From: Marinomonas sp. | Lineage (GTDB): Bacteria > Pseudomonadota > Gammaproteobacteria > Pseudomonadales > Marinomonadaceae | Assembly: GCF_965225885.1 (NCBI RefSeq) | Contig: NZ_OZ245329.1 | Span: 2,890,449-2,954,448, forward strand | Length of the DNA stretch: 64,000 nucleotides | Direction: 5' to 3' | In this document: positions 1 to 9,556 of the stretch, one piece after another | Numbering within the stretch: the first letter of the stretch is position 1 | Layout of the letters: each line of letters opens with the position of its first letter | Notes under the pieces: generated by a model | What the model was told of the DNA's origin: nothing | The model's input: the letters and a program-made list of their open reading frames with translations, nothing else | Databases searched by the model: none | Made by a program: the position numbers and the translations under genes

Positions 1-1
1 T

Positions 2-418
2 TTATGGCACCTAAATCGTAGATCGGTTGCCAGAGCTTTCTTTAATGGCTTATTTTGGGCATTTATACCAATGCCCTTTCAAATGCTTGCATCGGCGCTA
101 TTCGCAATCCCATTGCGGGCAAATATCCCTCTATCTATTGCGCTTGTATGGATAACCAACCCCCTTACTATGCCCTTTGTATTTTACTTCAACTACAAAG
201 TGGGCATGTTAATTCTCGGTTATCAGGATGAGAAAGATTTCCAACTTTCAGTCGAATGGATTTGGGATAAAATGGAACATATTTGGTTGCCACTTTATAC
301 TGGATCCATTGTATCTGGCCTAATCGTGGGTGCAATTAGTTATGCAACTATCACTATTTTGTGGCGTCTACATGTTATAAAACGCTGGAAAGAACGCAAG
401 CTAAGAAATAGCAAATAA
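2..418 (+). CDS. DUF2062-family inner-membrane protein, 5-prime truncated by the window edge
   Basis: The frame is open from base 2, with no stop before the listed Met at 71. The hydrophobic segment with ...VWITNPLTMPFVFYF... is typical of DUF2062. A hairpin terminator follows. Confidence 0.6.
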   Translation, partial: LWHLNRRSVARAFFNGLFWAFIPMPFQMLASALFAIPLRANIPLSIALVWITNPLTMPFVFYFNYKVGMLILGYQDEKDFQLSVEWIWDKMEHIWLPLYTGSIVSGLIVGAISYATITILWRLHVIKRWKERKLRNSK

Positions 419-434
419 CCCATTACTGTACAAA

Positions 435-471
435 CAAAAAAACCAAGACTCAAATGAGTCTTGGTTTTTTT
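435..471. terminator. Bidirectional rho-independent terminator between the DUF2062 gene and lolD
   Basis: Stem aaccaagactc / gagtcttggtt with a 4-nt loop, an A-run upstream and a T-run downstream. Confidence 0.6.
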
Positions 472-493
472 GTAATCGAGTTTTTTCTATTAA

Positions 494-1192
494 CTAAATA
501 TTCGCCTGTTTTAACGGGTGCAAAGCACCTTGAGATAAGCGATAAGCGGAATCCATCCAGTTCAACATCTTCTCGTCATGAGTAACGACAAGAAACGCCA
601 TATCATAAGTGGTTTTAAGCGTGTTAATCAGATACTGAATTTCTAGAGATGTCGTTTCATCTAGATTACCGGTTGGCTCATCCATCAATACACAAGCAGG
701 TCGATTAGCCAACGCACGAGCAATAGCTACACGCTGACGCTCTCCACCAGATAATTGCGAAGGCTTATGATTCAAACGATCCTTCAGACCAACTTGAGCC
801 AAAAGCTCTTCGCCACGCTGTTTGGCTTCTTTTTTACCCAAGCCTGCAATCCACATGGGCATCAATACATTTTCTAACGCAGTAAACTCAGGCAACAAAT
901 GATGAAACTGGTACACAAAGCCCATTTCTTTGTTGCGCATCTTAGCTCGCTTCGAATCCTTCATGCTCGACCAAGAAACACCTGCCAAACTCACATCACC
1001 GGTTGTAGCTAAATCCAGACCAGCCAAAAGATTCAGTAATGTTGTTTTACCCGAGCCCGATGAGCCAACAATAGCGCAAGCCTCTCCTTTATTTAGCGTC
1101 AGATCAATAGATTGAAAAACCTCAATGACTTGCTTACCGTCTTGATATTGCTTAGACAGTTCACGACATTCTAAAACGACACTTTTACTCAT
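494..1192 (-). CDS. lolD: Lipoprotein-releasing ABC transporter ATP-binding protein LolD
   Basis: Walker A GSSGSGKTTLL and ABC signature LSGGERQRVAIARAL. Overlaps the upstream LolC/E-type permease gene by 8 nt. Confidence 0.85.
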   Translation of the reverse strand: MSKSVVLECRELSKQYQDGKQVIEVFQSIDLTLNKGEACAIVGSSGSGKTTLLNLLAGLDLATTGDVSLAGVSWSSMKDSKRAKMRNKEMGFVYQFHHLLPEFTALENVLMPMWIAGLGKKEAKQRGEELLAQVGLKDRLNHKPSQLSGGERQRVAIARALANRPACVLMDEPTGNLDETTSLEIQYLINTLKTTYDMAFLVVTHDEKMLNWMDSAYRLSQGALHPLKQANI

Positions 1193-2429
1193 AACGTAAC
1201 GCCTCCGCTGGCTCTACTTTCGAAGCGCGCCAGGCTGGGTAAATAGTAGCGGCCACAGTCATAACAAAGGCAGATATAACAATTAACTTCACATCAGACC
1301 ACTGAAGTTCTGAAGGCAAATAGTTGATGAAGTAAACGTCTGCACTTAAAAACTGGACATTTAATAGCGTCTGCAAAGCGGCAATAATCTCACTCACATT
1401 GAGCGCCAAAGTGACACCGAGTACTACACCAATAAGTGTTCCGAGCATGCCAATAAACATACCTTGTACAACAAAGATCCACATAACCTGACTTGACGTT
1501 AAACCCATTGTTCTCAGAATTGCGATGTCATTTCGCTTATCTGTCACCACCATCACTAAGGTAGAAACAATATTAAAAGCAGCGACAGCAACGATTAGCA
1601 GTAACAACAAGCCAATCATGGTTTTTTCCATTTTTATCGCTTGGAAAAGACTACCGTGAGTACGAGTCCAATCACTCACTCTATTTTGCCCCGGCACTGC
1701 ACGAGCGATATCCCAAATACGTGACGGCGCGACAAATAAGTTATCGAATGAAATTCGCAGTGCTTCCACGTCATCAGCTTTGTAACGCTTTAACTTAGCG
1801 GCATCTTTGATATTGATGTAAGCAAGACTGCTGTCGAGTTCGGCTCCGACTTCAAAAGTTCCCACTACAGTAAATCGTTTGAGAACAGGTGAGACTCCTG
1901 CAATAGACACATTCGCTTTTGGCAATATCGCCGTTACTTTATCGCCGATATCGACTCTTAACATCTTGGCTAACTGAGCCCCTAAAACGATACCAAAACT
2001 AGTGTCATTGAGAGCCTCTAAAGAACCAGACGCTATATTGTCGCCAATGATTGAGACCTTTTTCTCCATGTCTGGATTGATGCCATTTAAAATAGCGCCA
2101 TGAACACTTTCACCAGATTGAAACATAACTTGCGCTTGGATATGTGGAGCAACGCCAACAACATCAGGCATTTTAGCAACAAGCTTTGCAGTATCACGCC
2201 AATCATTGAGCACTGGATCTCCCCACAAAGTTGCATGAGGAACCATACCTAAAATCCGTTGACGTAATTCCCGATCAAAGCCATTCATTACAGACAGCAC
2301 GGTAATAAGAACCATCACACCAAGAGCAAGACCGGCAATAGAAGAAAAGCTAATAAAGGAAATGAAGTGATTGGAGCGTTTTGCTCGGGCATAACGCAAA
2401 CCGATAGCAAAGGGGAGGAAGTTAATCAA
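1185..2429 (-). CDS. Lipoprotein-releasing system permease, LolC/LolE family (possibly a single LolF-type permease)
   Basis: 414 aa with an N-terminal TM helix, a large periplasmic MacB-like loop and a C-terminal FtsX-type TM bundle. Operonic with lolD. Confidence 0.85.
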   Translation of the reverse strand: MINFLPFAIGLRYARAKRSNHFISFISFSSIAGLALGVMVLITVLSVMNGFDRELRQRILGMVPHATLWGDPVLNDWRDTAKLVAKMPDVVGVAPHIQAQVMFQSGESVHGAILNGINPDMEKKVSIIGDNIASGSLEALNDTSFGIVLGAQLAKMLRVDIGDKVTAILPKANVSIAGVSPVLKRFTVVGTFEVGAELDSSLAYINIKDAAKLKRYKADDVEALRISFDNLFVAPSRIWDIARAVPGQNRVSDWTRTHGSLFQAIKMEKTMIGLLLLLIVAVAAFNIVSTLVMVVTDKRNDIAILRTMGLTSSQVMWIFVVQGMFIGMLGTLIGVVLGVTLALNVSEIIAALQTLLNVQFLSADVYFINYLPSELQWSDVKLIVISAFVMTVAATIYPAWRASKVEPAEALRYE

Positions 2430-2460
2430 TGTATGTCCTTGTATGACAAGCTTGCGTGGT

Positions 2461-2490
2461 AAAAATAGAGGAGCAAAGCTCCTCTATTTA
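2461..2490 (-). terminator. Probable purC terminator
   Basis: Stem tagaggagc / gctcctcta with loop aaa. On the minus strand it is followed by a T-run (the aaaaa at 2461-2465 on plus). Confidence 0.5.
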
Positions 2491-2511
2491 TGGACTAAGT
2501 TACCAATCCGC

Positions 2512-3228
2512 TTATGCGTCGAAATCGATACCTATACGACGACCTACATCTTCGTAAGCTTCGATCACGCCACCCAAGCCTTGGCGGAAACGATCTTTAT
2601 CTAATTTCTCTTTGGTTTTGGCATCCCATAAACGGCAGCCATCAGGAGAAAACTCATCACCTAATAAAACCTCGCCTTTATATAGGCCAAATTCCAATTT
2701 GTAATCAACTAGAATCATGCCCCCTTCTGCAAAAATCGCTTTTAATACATCATTCACCTTGAATGTAAGTTCTTTTGCCTTAGCCAAGTCAGCTGTTTTC
2801 GCCCAACCAAATGATTCAACATGCGATTCGTTGATCATTGGATCACCTAACGTATCGTTCTTTAAAAATAATTCGAACGTTGGAGGTGTAAGAGTAATAC
2901 CCTCTTCTACACCTAGACGACGACAAAGGCTACCAGCAGCAACATTTCGAACGACACACTCAACAGGAATCATATCTAGGCATTTAACAAGCGATTCTGT
3001 ATCGCTCAAAAGCTTTTCAAAATGAGTAGGAATACCAGCTTCCTGTAGTTTTGTCATGATGAAAGCGTTGAACTTATTGTTCACCATACCTTTACGATCA
3101 AGCTGCTCAATCCTTTTGCCATCAAATGCAGAAGTATCGTCTCGGAACACTAGAACCATTTTGTCAGGGTCATCTGTACGGAATACAGATTTTGCCTTAC
3201 CTGCATACAGCTCTTGTCGTTTTTCCAT
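2512..3228 (-). CDS. purC: Phosphoribosylaminoimidazole-succinocarboxamide (SAICAR) synthase
   Basis: 238 aa, collinear with gammaproteobacterial PurC (LYAGKAKSV..., DKDRFR motif). Confidence 0.95.
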   Translation of the reverse strand: MEKRQELYAGKAKSVFRTDDPDKMVLVFRDDTSAFDGKRIEQLDRKGMVNNKFNAFIMTKLQEAGIPTHFEKLLSDTESLVKCLDMIPVECVVRNVAAGSLCRRLGVEEGITLTPPTFELFLKNDTLGDPMINESHVESFGWAKTADLAKAKELTFKVNDVLKAIFAEGGMILVDYKLEFGLYKGEVLLGDEFSPDGCRLWDAKTKEKLDKDRFRQGLGGVIEAYEDVGRRIGIDFDA

Positions 3229-3269
3229 TGGAGGGTCTCCAGTTTTCTTTTATGAGGGGTTAATCTTAT

Positions 3270-4346
3270 TTAATTTACAAAGCGCTGGGCTAAATGAAAC
3301 GAAACCACTTCAGGTGAATCCACAGAGGAAACATCAATAACTAAAAAGTCACCTGCCTTTTGATGACTAATTTTGTAAGGGTATTCGCGTTCTTCCCAAC
3401 TAACATCGTCTAAATTTTTTCGTACTGATTTGATTGACTTTAAGGTTTCGCCATCCGTAAATGGGATGTTAAAATCAACAATATCACCAACGCGTGCAAC
3501 ATCTTCCGGTGGAACAGGCGCTAACATTTGATTTTTGCCAGGTATTAAGTAAATACCTGCAGCGCTTAATTTCGCTTCAATATCGGCAGACGAAACATCT
3601 TCACCTAGATGAATTGCGAAAAGACCGTGATGATCTACCCAGATAGGGAAAGACGCAGTATCACCTCGGTTAGAAAGATAAGCAGATGACTGATTTAATT
3701 GACGCCCCATTGTTCCCCATAAACGCACAGCAACAGAGTAAGCGTCATCATTTTGGGCAGGGCTCATCCAATTACCTAGCTCAACATCCTGTTGCTCATC
3801 TCTAAATTGAATTGAAACTAAGGTTTTTCCTTGTTCTTTCTCATCGAATTGGAAAGAAAAGGCAGTTTCTACTGGGTGCATCCGTGTAATGCTACTCCAT
3901 AATGATGCCCACCACCCTTGTGGATGAAAATCAAATGGCACACTGATTATTTGATCGTCAGTCTGTGATGCAATCGACGTCCCTGCTCCATGAAGCGCAG
4001 TAAGGAAATCAGTCACAATACGTTTTGATTGCGTCATATTTGCAGGAACAGTGAACTCAATCGCATCGCCTTGTTCTTCAATGCCAATGGTAACCATTGG
4101 ATAATATACAAACGGTGCTCTTGCTGTTGTGTAAGTTGTTGTTCCTTCTAAATTAGCAATTGCCTTTTCATTTGGAATAACCAAAACATCAGTTGAAGGA
4201 GCAGAACCTGCAGGCATTTCTAATGTAGAAGTGACAGGTTCCTCTTTTTGATAATCACCTGAGTGGTCGGTAAAAAACATACTGCAACCAGATAACATAA
4301 GAGTTAACGAGCTTGCGCCCACTAACTTCAAGGTAGGCTTATTCAT
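3270..4346 (-). CDS. bamC: Outer-membrane protein assembly factor BamC (NlpB) lipoprotein
   Basis: Signal peptide with lipobox LMLSGC. Lies immediately downstream of dapA with an ATGA start/stop overlap, which is the conserved dapA-bamC synteny. Confidence 0.7.
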   Translation of the reverse strand: MNKPTLKLVGASSLTLMLSGCSMFFTDHSGDYQKEEPVTSTLEMPAGSAPSTDVLVIPNEKAIANLEGTTTYTTARAPFVYYPMVTIGIEEQGDAIEFTVPANMTQSKRIVTDFLTALHGAGTSIASQTDDQIISVPFDFHPQGWWASLWSSITRMHPVETAFSFQFDEKEQGKTLVSIQFRDEQQDVELGNWMSPAQNDDAYSVAVRLWGTMGRQLNQSSAYLSNRGDTASFPIWVDHHGLFAIHLGEDVSSADIEAKLSAAGIYLIPGKNQMLAPVPPEDVARVGDIVDFNIPFTDGETLKSIKSVRKNLDDVSWEEREYPYKISHQKAGDFLVIDVSSVDSPEVVSFHLAQRFVN

Positions 4347-5224
4347 ACTAATAAAACTCCAGCTTCTATCATGGCTTGTCGAACAGCCGAATGATACTGC
4401 TCAGAAAGAGGGGTTAGTGGCAATCGAATCCCTTCTTCACATAGCCCTAGTTGGCTACATGCCCATTTTACAGGGATAGGATTAGATTCTAAAAATAAAT
4501 TCTTATGCAGTGAAGAAATGGTTGTATCTATGGAGTGAGCCTGATCTGCGTGGCCCGCTATCGCAAACTCAGCTGCTTGAGCAACCGCTTTTGGAGCAAC
4601 ATTTGCAGTAACAGAAATATTACCTTTACCACCCAAAAGCATCAAAGCAACCGCCGTTGGATCGTCACCAGAGTAAACGGCAAATCCCTCAGGCAAGGCT
4701 TTAATCAGCGCTTCACCACGTTCAAGATTACCTGTAGCGTCTTTTATACCGACAATGTTCTTAATAGAAGAAAGACGCACAACGGTGTCATTTTGCATAT
4801 CGCATGCGGTTCTACCCGGCACGTTGTATAGAATTTGAGGGATATCGACGGCATCGGCTATCGCTTTGAAATGCTGATACAAACCTTCTTGAGTTGGTTT
4901 ATTGTAATAAGGCGTAACAAGTAGACAAGCATCTGCACCAGCCTCTTTCGCGCTCCGAGTTAGATCAATGGCTTCATGAGTTGCATTGGCACCCGTGCCA
5001 GCGATAACAGGAACACGACCATTAACCGTACTAACAACCTGACGAATGACATTGGCATGTTCTACTGGCGTCAAAGTGGAAGATTCACCGGTGGTTCCTA
5101 CGGCAACGATGCCGTGAGTACCCTCGTTAATATGAAACTCTATTAGATCATCTAATTTTTTAGTATCTACAGCGCCATCTGGTGACATAGGTGTAATAAG
5201 CGCAACTAAACTACCTGTGATCAT
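4343..5224 (-). CDS. dapA: 4-hydroxy-tetrahydrodipicolinate synthase
   Basis: 293 aa with GTTGES and YNVPGRT motifs characteristic of DapA. Confidence 0.95.
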   Translation of the reverse strand: MITGSLVALITPMSPDGAVDTKKLDDLIEFHINEGTHGIVAVGTTGESSTLTPVEHANVIRQVVSTVNGRVPVIAGTGANATHEAIDLTRSAKEAGADACLLVTPYYNKPTQEGLYQHFKAIADAVDIPQILYNVPGRTACDMQNDTVVRLSSIKNIVGIKDATGNLERGEALIKALPEGFAVYSGDDPTAVALMLLGGKGNISVTANVAPKAVAQAAEFAIAGHADQAHSIDTTISSLHKNLFLESNPIPVKWACSQLGLCEEGIRLPLTPLSEQYHSAVRQAMIEAGVLLV

Positions 5225-5353
5225 TTCGAGTCTCCGATAAAATTATAAGCGCGCCTATAGTACCGTCCAGACTCAGGTTTAACAATAATTGACAGACGTA
5301 AAGCCGGAGTAAATTAACAAGAAACGCCATTCGGGGGGATTTTTCACTTATGT

Positions 5354-5398
5354 CTTGTTAAGCTAATACTTGTTAAGCTAATACTTGTTAAGCTAATG
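5354..5398. repeat. Three head-to-tail copies of the 15-mer cttgttaagctaata (third copy ends in g)
   Basis: Read directly from the sequence: copies at 5354-5368, 5369-5383 and 5384-5398. Sits in the dapA/bcp divergent intergenic region. Confidence 0.9.
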
Positions 5399-5455
5399 CT
5401 AATTGCAGACAAACTATTTTTCTTTCAATATTTCGTTGAACAGTAGAGTAACCTT

Positions 5456-5905
5456 ATGACAATCGAAATCGGACAAATTGCACCAGACTTTAGCGCCAAA
5501 GATCAGAATGGCGACACCATTACACTTAGCCAATTCAAAGGTAAAAAAGTCGTCTTGTATTTTTATCCTAGGGACTCCACTCCTGGATGCACTGCCCAAG
5601 CTTGCGACTTGCGAGACAACTACCAAACGCTACTAGATCAAGGTTTCATTGTTCTTGGGATTAGTACTGATACCGAGAAGAAACACCAAAACTTTATTGC
5701 TAAATATGACTTGCCCTTTCCATTGATCGCAGACACAGAGAAAGAAGTTCATGAGCTATATGGTACTTGGCAACTGAAGAAATTCATGGGTCGGGAATCA
5801 ATGGGCACGGTAAGAACGACCTTTATCATTGATGAAAACGGCGTTATTTCAGACATTATAAGTAAGGTCAAAACCAAAGCCCACGCTGAGCAAATCTTGA
5901 AGTAA
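5456..5905 (+). CDS. bcp: Thioredoxin-dependent thiol peroxidase (peroxiredoxin Bcp)
   Basis: 149 aa. The TPGCTAQAC motif carries the peroxidatic and resolving Cys spacing of Bcp. Confidence 0.9.
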   Translation: MTIEIGQIAPDFSAKDQNGDTITLSQFKGKKVVLYFYPRDSTPGCTAQACDLRDNYQTLLDQGFIVLGISTDTEKKHQNFIAKYDLPFPLIADTEKEVHELYGTWQLKKFMGRESMGTVRTTFIIDENGVISDIISKVKTKAHAEQILK

Positions 5906-5913
5906 ACAGGACA

Positions 5914-5946
5914 AAAATGGCGCGATAATTTTCGCGCCATTTTTTC
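5914..5946 (+). terminator. bcp rho-independent terminator
   Basis: Stem aatggcgcga / tcgcgccatt followed by ttttt. Confidence 0.6.
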
Positions 5947-6048
5947 ATTTAGCGACATAAATTCAAATACCACAGCGAATATACTCAGTCGCTTCTTTAT
6001 CTTCCACTGGCTTAAATTCATTACTGGGTTGCCAGCAACCTAAGCTAA

Positions 6049-6369
6049 TCTCCGACACCGCAAATCCCGACTTCCCTAATGGCAAGAACCATTAAGCGCG
6101 ATAACTTCATTGTATTTCTTGCTTGGGAGCCTCACCCAATGAACGTGAACTTCGACTTAAAATACTTAACCGGAGGTGATAAATACTTTGGTCCTGATTA
6201 TGGTGGCGCGACGATTAGAACACTAACTCGCAAAGGCTACGCAAACAAATGCCCTAATGAGGCTAAATTATTAAGTAATCTTGAGTTTGGTTTAACGATG
6301 GAGAATGAAATAATTGGTTCAAGTGAAAAACCAGAGCAAGCTGGATTAAAGCCCATCCAGAAGTTCTAG
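6049..6369 (+). pseudogene. C-terminal remnant of a choline/glycine-betaine ABC transporter substrate-binding protein (OpuAC/ChoX-like)
   Basis: ...IVFLAWEPHPMNVNFDLKYLTGGDKYFGPDYGGATIRTLTRKGYANKCPN... matches only the last third of roughly 300-aa betaine-binding proteins, as I recall them. The frame is closed by a TAA at 6046-6048. I saw no signal peptide or N-terminal lobe in any upstream frame. Confidence 0.55.
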
Positions 6370-6474
6370 ATAAATGACTAGAAGGCGTAACAACTTACGA
6401 CGGAAAACCTACAATAACTGCCGTAAAAAAAAACAACTTAACGTAATGTAAATATCGCTAAAGATTGAAAAATT

Positions 6475-6510
6475 AAAAAGCCGCATAATTTGTAAATTAT
6501 GCGGCTTTTA
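6475..6510. terminator. Bidirectional terminator (queF on minus, binding-protein remnant on plus)
   Basis: Stem gccgcataatt / aattatgcggc flanked by an A-run and a T-run. Confidence 0.6.
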
Positions 6511-6529
6511 TTTTAAAGCTAAGTAAAAA

Positions 6530-7345
6530 CTACTGGCGCGTTAAACGATCATTCCCCAACACTAGTGGCGCGGTTGAGCGATATGGGTTGATATCCAATC
6601 CTCCACGTCTGACATAGCGAGCATAGACAGTTAAACTCTCTGGCTTACACTGGCGCATAATGTCAATAAAAATCCGCTCAACGCATTGCTCATGAAAGTC
6701 AGTATGCTCACGGAATGAAATAACATACTTCAACAAGCTTTCGTGGTGAATCTTAGGGCCTTTATAATCAATAAAAACCGACCCCCAATCTGGTTGATAG
6801 GTCACAGGGCAATTTGATTTTAAAAGATGGCTCACCAATCGCTCCTCAACCTCCCCCATTGATTCATCTGTCTCTAACAAACCAGCATTTGGGTGATATT
6901 CCGATACATCAACATCCAATTCATCAATGCAATAATCAGGCGTTAATACAACCAACGATGCCATTGAATCAACATCGCGAATAATAACCGTTACCTCTGC
7001 TCCAGCAGCACTCGAAAGATCTTTCTCAAGTATGGCTTGGACTTCTTCAGCTGAGTCATAGCGCATTTGATTCAATGAATTCAAATACAACTTAAAGGAT
7101 TTGGATTCAATAATATTTGGCGAATCACAAGGCAATCGAAATTCAGCCAAAGCAACAATCGGCTTTCCTTTCAAATTTAACCATGACAACTCATAAGCAT
7201 TCCAAACATCTTCACCAAAAAACGGCAGACGTTCAGACTCAATAGCCATTTCAGTCCATTTATCGACTCTTGCAATGGGGTAAAGCAACCCTGCATCGTA
7301 TTCAGAAACATACTCTGTTTGCTGACCTAAGGGTAAAAAGCCCAT
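6530..7345 (-). CDS. queF: NADPH-dependent 7-cyano-7-deazaguanine (preQ0) reductase, two-domain type
   Basis: 271 aa with the QueF motif ESKSFKLYLNS and size typical of the bimodular gammaproteobacterial QueF. Confidence 0.9.
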   Translation of the reverse strand: MGFLPLGQQTEYVSEYDAGLLYPIARVDKWTEMAIESERLPFFGEDVWNAYELSWLNLKGKPIVALAEFRLPCDSPNIIESKSFKLYLNSLNQMRYDSAEEVQAILEKDLSSAAGAEVTVIIRDVDSMASLVVLTPDYCIDELDVDVSEYHPNAGLLETDESMGEVEERLVSHLLKSNCPVTYQPDWGSVFIDYKGPKIHHESLLKYVISFREHTDFHEQCVERIFIDIMRQCKPESLTVYARYVRRGGLDINPYRSTAPLVLGNDRLTRQ

Positions 7346-7356
7346 ATAACACTACC

Positions 7357-8130
7357 TCAACTTCTAATACCTTTGCCCTGATTGAGCAAACGTAGACCGA
7401 ATCCAAACAACACCACAATAAACACGCAGACAATAACAAGAGCCCAATATACGTTGATATCAGAAACACCCAAAATGCCGTAACGAAACGCATTAACCAT
7501 ATAAAGAACTGGATTTAATAGCGAAACGGATTGCCAGAAATCAGGCAGCAAATCGATAGAATAAAAAACACCACCTAAATAAGTGAGCGGCGTTAAAATA
7601 AAAGTCGGGACGATGGACACATCATCAAAACTTCTCGCATAAATAGCGTTAACAAAACCGCCTAGAGAAAACATAATTGCCGTCAAACACACCACAAGAA
7701 TCGTTAGGAATAAACTTTCTAATGCCAAGTGAGTAAAAAACAGCGACAACAGAGTAACAATCAAGCCAACACACAAACCGCGTGCCACACCGCCAAGCGT
7801 ATAGCCCATTAGAATCACCCAGTTTGGCGTAGGTGAAACCAGTAACTCTTGCACACTATGCTGAAACTTCGCAGAAAAGAACGACGAAGACACATTTGAA
7901 TACGAGTTTGTGATGACAGACATCATGATCAAACCTGGCACAATGTATTGCATATAGCTGAAGCCGCCCATCTCCCCAATTCGATCACCGATTAGATTGC
8001 CGAAAATAGCAAAATACAATGTCATCGTGATTGCTGGTGGTAATAATGTTTGCGGCCAAATACGAGTAAATCGACGAATCTCTCTTACCAAAATCGTATA
8101 AAATGCGACCCAAATTTCCGAATTTTTCAT
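7357..8130 (-). CDS. ABC-2 type transporter permease (YadH-like)
   Basis: 257 aa with about 6 TM segments. Directly downstream of the paired ATPase gene. Confidence 0.8.
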   Translation of the reverse strand: MKNSEIWVAFYTILVREIRRFTRIWPQTLLPPAITMTLYFAIFGNLIGDRIGEMGGFSYMQYIVPGLIMMSVITNSYSNVSSSFFSAKFQHSVQELLVSPTPNWVILMGYTLGGVARGLCVGLIVTLLSLFFTHLALESLFLTILVVCLTAIMFSLGGFVNAIYARSFDDVSIVPTFILTPLTYLGGVFYSIDLLPDFWQSVSLLNPVLYMVNAFRYGILGVSDINVYWALVIVCVFIVVLFGFGLRLLNQGKGIRS

Positions 8131-8134
8131 CTAT

Positions 8135-9049
8135 CTAGCCTTTAATTAATTTAACGAAGAGCTCTTCGAGTCGATTAGACTTATTACGCATGCTCACTAC
8201 GTTGACTGAGATTGCATCGAGCGCCTTGAAGATGGCATTAATAGACTGTCCTTTAATCACTTCAACTTCTATCGTAGTTGCGTCTTTACTAATCAACACA
8301 CTAAACTCAGGCAAATCCCAATTATCAGGTAAACTAGCATCTAAATCCAAAATGAAGGTTTCTTGATTAAGTGTTTTCAACAAAGCCTTCACACTGGTGT
8401 TTTCAACAATCTCACCAGCATTAATAATGGCGATATTGCGGCATAGCTGCTCTGCTTCTTCCAGATAATGCGTAGTTAAAATAATGGTCGTACCCTGCTC
8501 ATTGAGTTTTTTAATGAACTCCCACATAGAACGACGAAGTTCAATATCAACCCCTGCGGTTGGCTCATCTAAAATAAGCACTTCAGGCTCATGGATCAGC
8601 GCCCTTGCTATCATCAAACGGCGCTTCATACCACCAGATAACATTCGGGATTGATCGTTTCTTTTGTCCCAAAGGTCCAGCTGTTTTAGGTACTTCTCCG
8701 CACGCTCTTCCGCTAAAGAACGGCTAATACCATAAAAACCAGCCTGAGTTACCACAACATTAAAAACGGTCTCAAAAACATTAAAGTTAAATTCTTGAGG
8801 CACAACACCTAAATATTTTTTAGCCTTAGCAAAGTCCTTATCAATATCGGTACCAAAAATGGAAACATTGCCCGATGTTTTATTCACCAACGAGCATAAA
8901 ATACCAATTGTTGTAGACTTGCCAGCTCCATTTGGGCCGAGTAACGCGAAGAAATCTCCTTTTTCAACTTTTAAATCGATACCTTTTAGCGCTTCAAAGC
9001 CGCTATCATAGCGCTTTTTAAGGTCACTAATTTCGATTGCATATGTCAT
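8135..9049 (-). CDS. ABC transporter ATP-binding protein (YadG-like)
   Basis: Walker A GPNGAGKST, signature LSGGMKRRL, Walker B ILDEPT. Confidence 0.85.
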   Translation of the reverse strand: MTYAIEISDLKKRYDSGFEALKGIDLKVEKGDFFALLGPNGAGKSTTIGILCSLVNKTSGNVSIFGTDIDKDFAKAKKYLGVVPQEFNFNVFETVFNVVVTQAGFYGISRSLAEERAEKYLKQLDLWDKRNDQSRMLSGGMKRRLMIARALIHEPEVLILDEPTAGVDIELRRSMWEFIKKLNEQGTTIILTTHYLEEAEQLCRNIAIINAGEIVENTSVKALLKTLNQETFILDLDASLPDNWDLPEFSVLISKDATTIEVEVIKGQSINAIFKALDAISVNVVSMRNKSNRLEELFVKLIKG

Positions 9050-9110
9050 AATTGAAGTTCTCGTACGGCAGTAGCCGACTAAATAGTTACTTACTTGAAT
9101 AGGGTTTTAC

Positions 9111-9518
9111 GTGGAATCACGCACACAATACATACTTGACGCTTTTGCTGATTTGCGTCAGCGCATCACAGAACACGCACCTTTTGATCAGCCAGACTTG
9201 GCAGAAGAAGAATTAGACTTCTTAGAAAAGTGGGACGACCTGATGAAAAACATTCAGGAAAACACCCATGATTATACTTTTGATGCTCAAGAAGTATTAT
9301 CACGCTTCATACGATGCTACGCAAATCTGGTCCCTCTCATAAAGAGAGAGCTATTATGGTTTGTCGGTGGAGAATGCCTGCACTTTCTAGGTGATGAGGA
9401 AATTGCTCTTTATCAGCAGCTGGAAGATCATTTATATGAGCTAGACAGCCAAAATAAAAGCTATGATATATCAAAAGAAATTAGTGCATTACGCGGCACA
9501 CCAACTCAAATCCATTAA
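9111..9518 (+). CDS. Conserved hypothetical cytoplasmic protein
   Basis: 135-aa ORF with a GTG start, acidic, with no recognisable motif. Followed by the hairpin gtgggcgg/ccgcccac at 9533-9556. Confidence 0.5.
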   Translation: MESRTQYILDAFADLRQRITEHAPFDQPDLAEEELDFLEKWDDLMKNIQENTHDYTFDAQEVLSRFIRCYANLVPLIKRELLWFVGGECLHFLGDEEIALYQQLEDHLYELDSQNKSYDISKEISALRGTPTQIH

Positions 9519-9556
9519 TAAAGTTAGCTATTGTGGGCGGATTATAATCCGCCCAC

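Noticed and set aside
5414-6021. Minus-strand ORFs 5414-5626 and 5749-6021 overlapping bcp.
   Set aside because: They are antisense to a well-supported bcp gene and its terminator, with no motifs.
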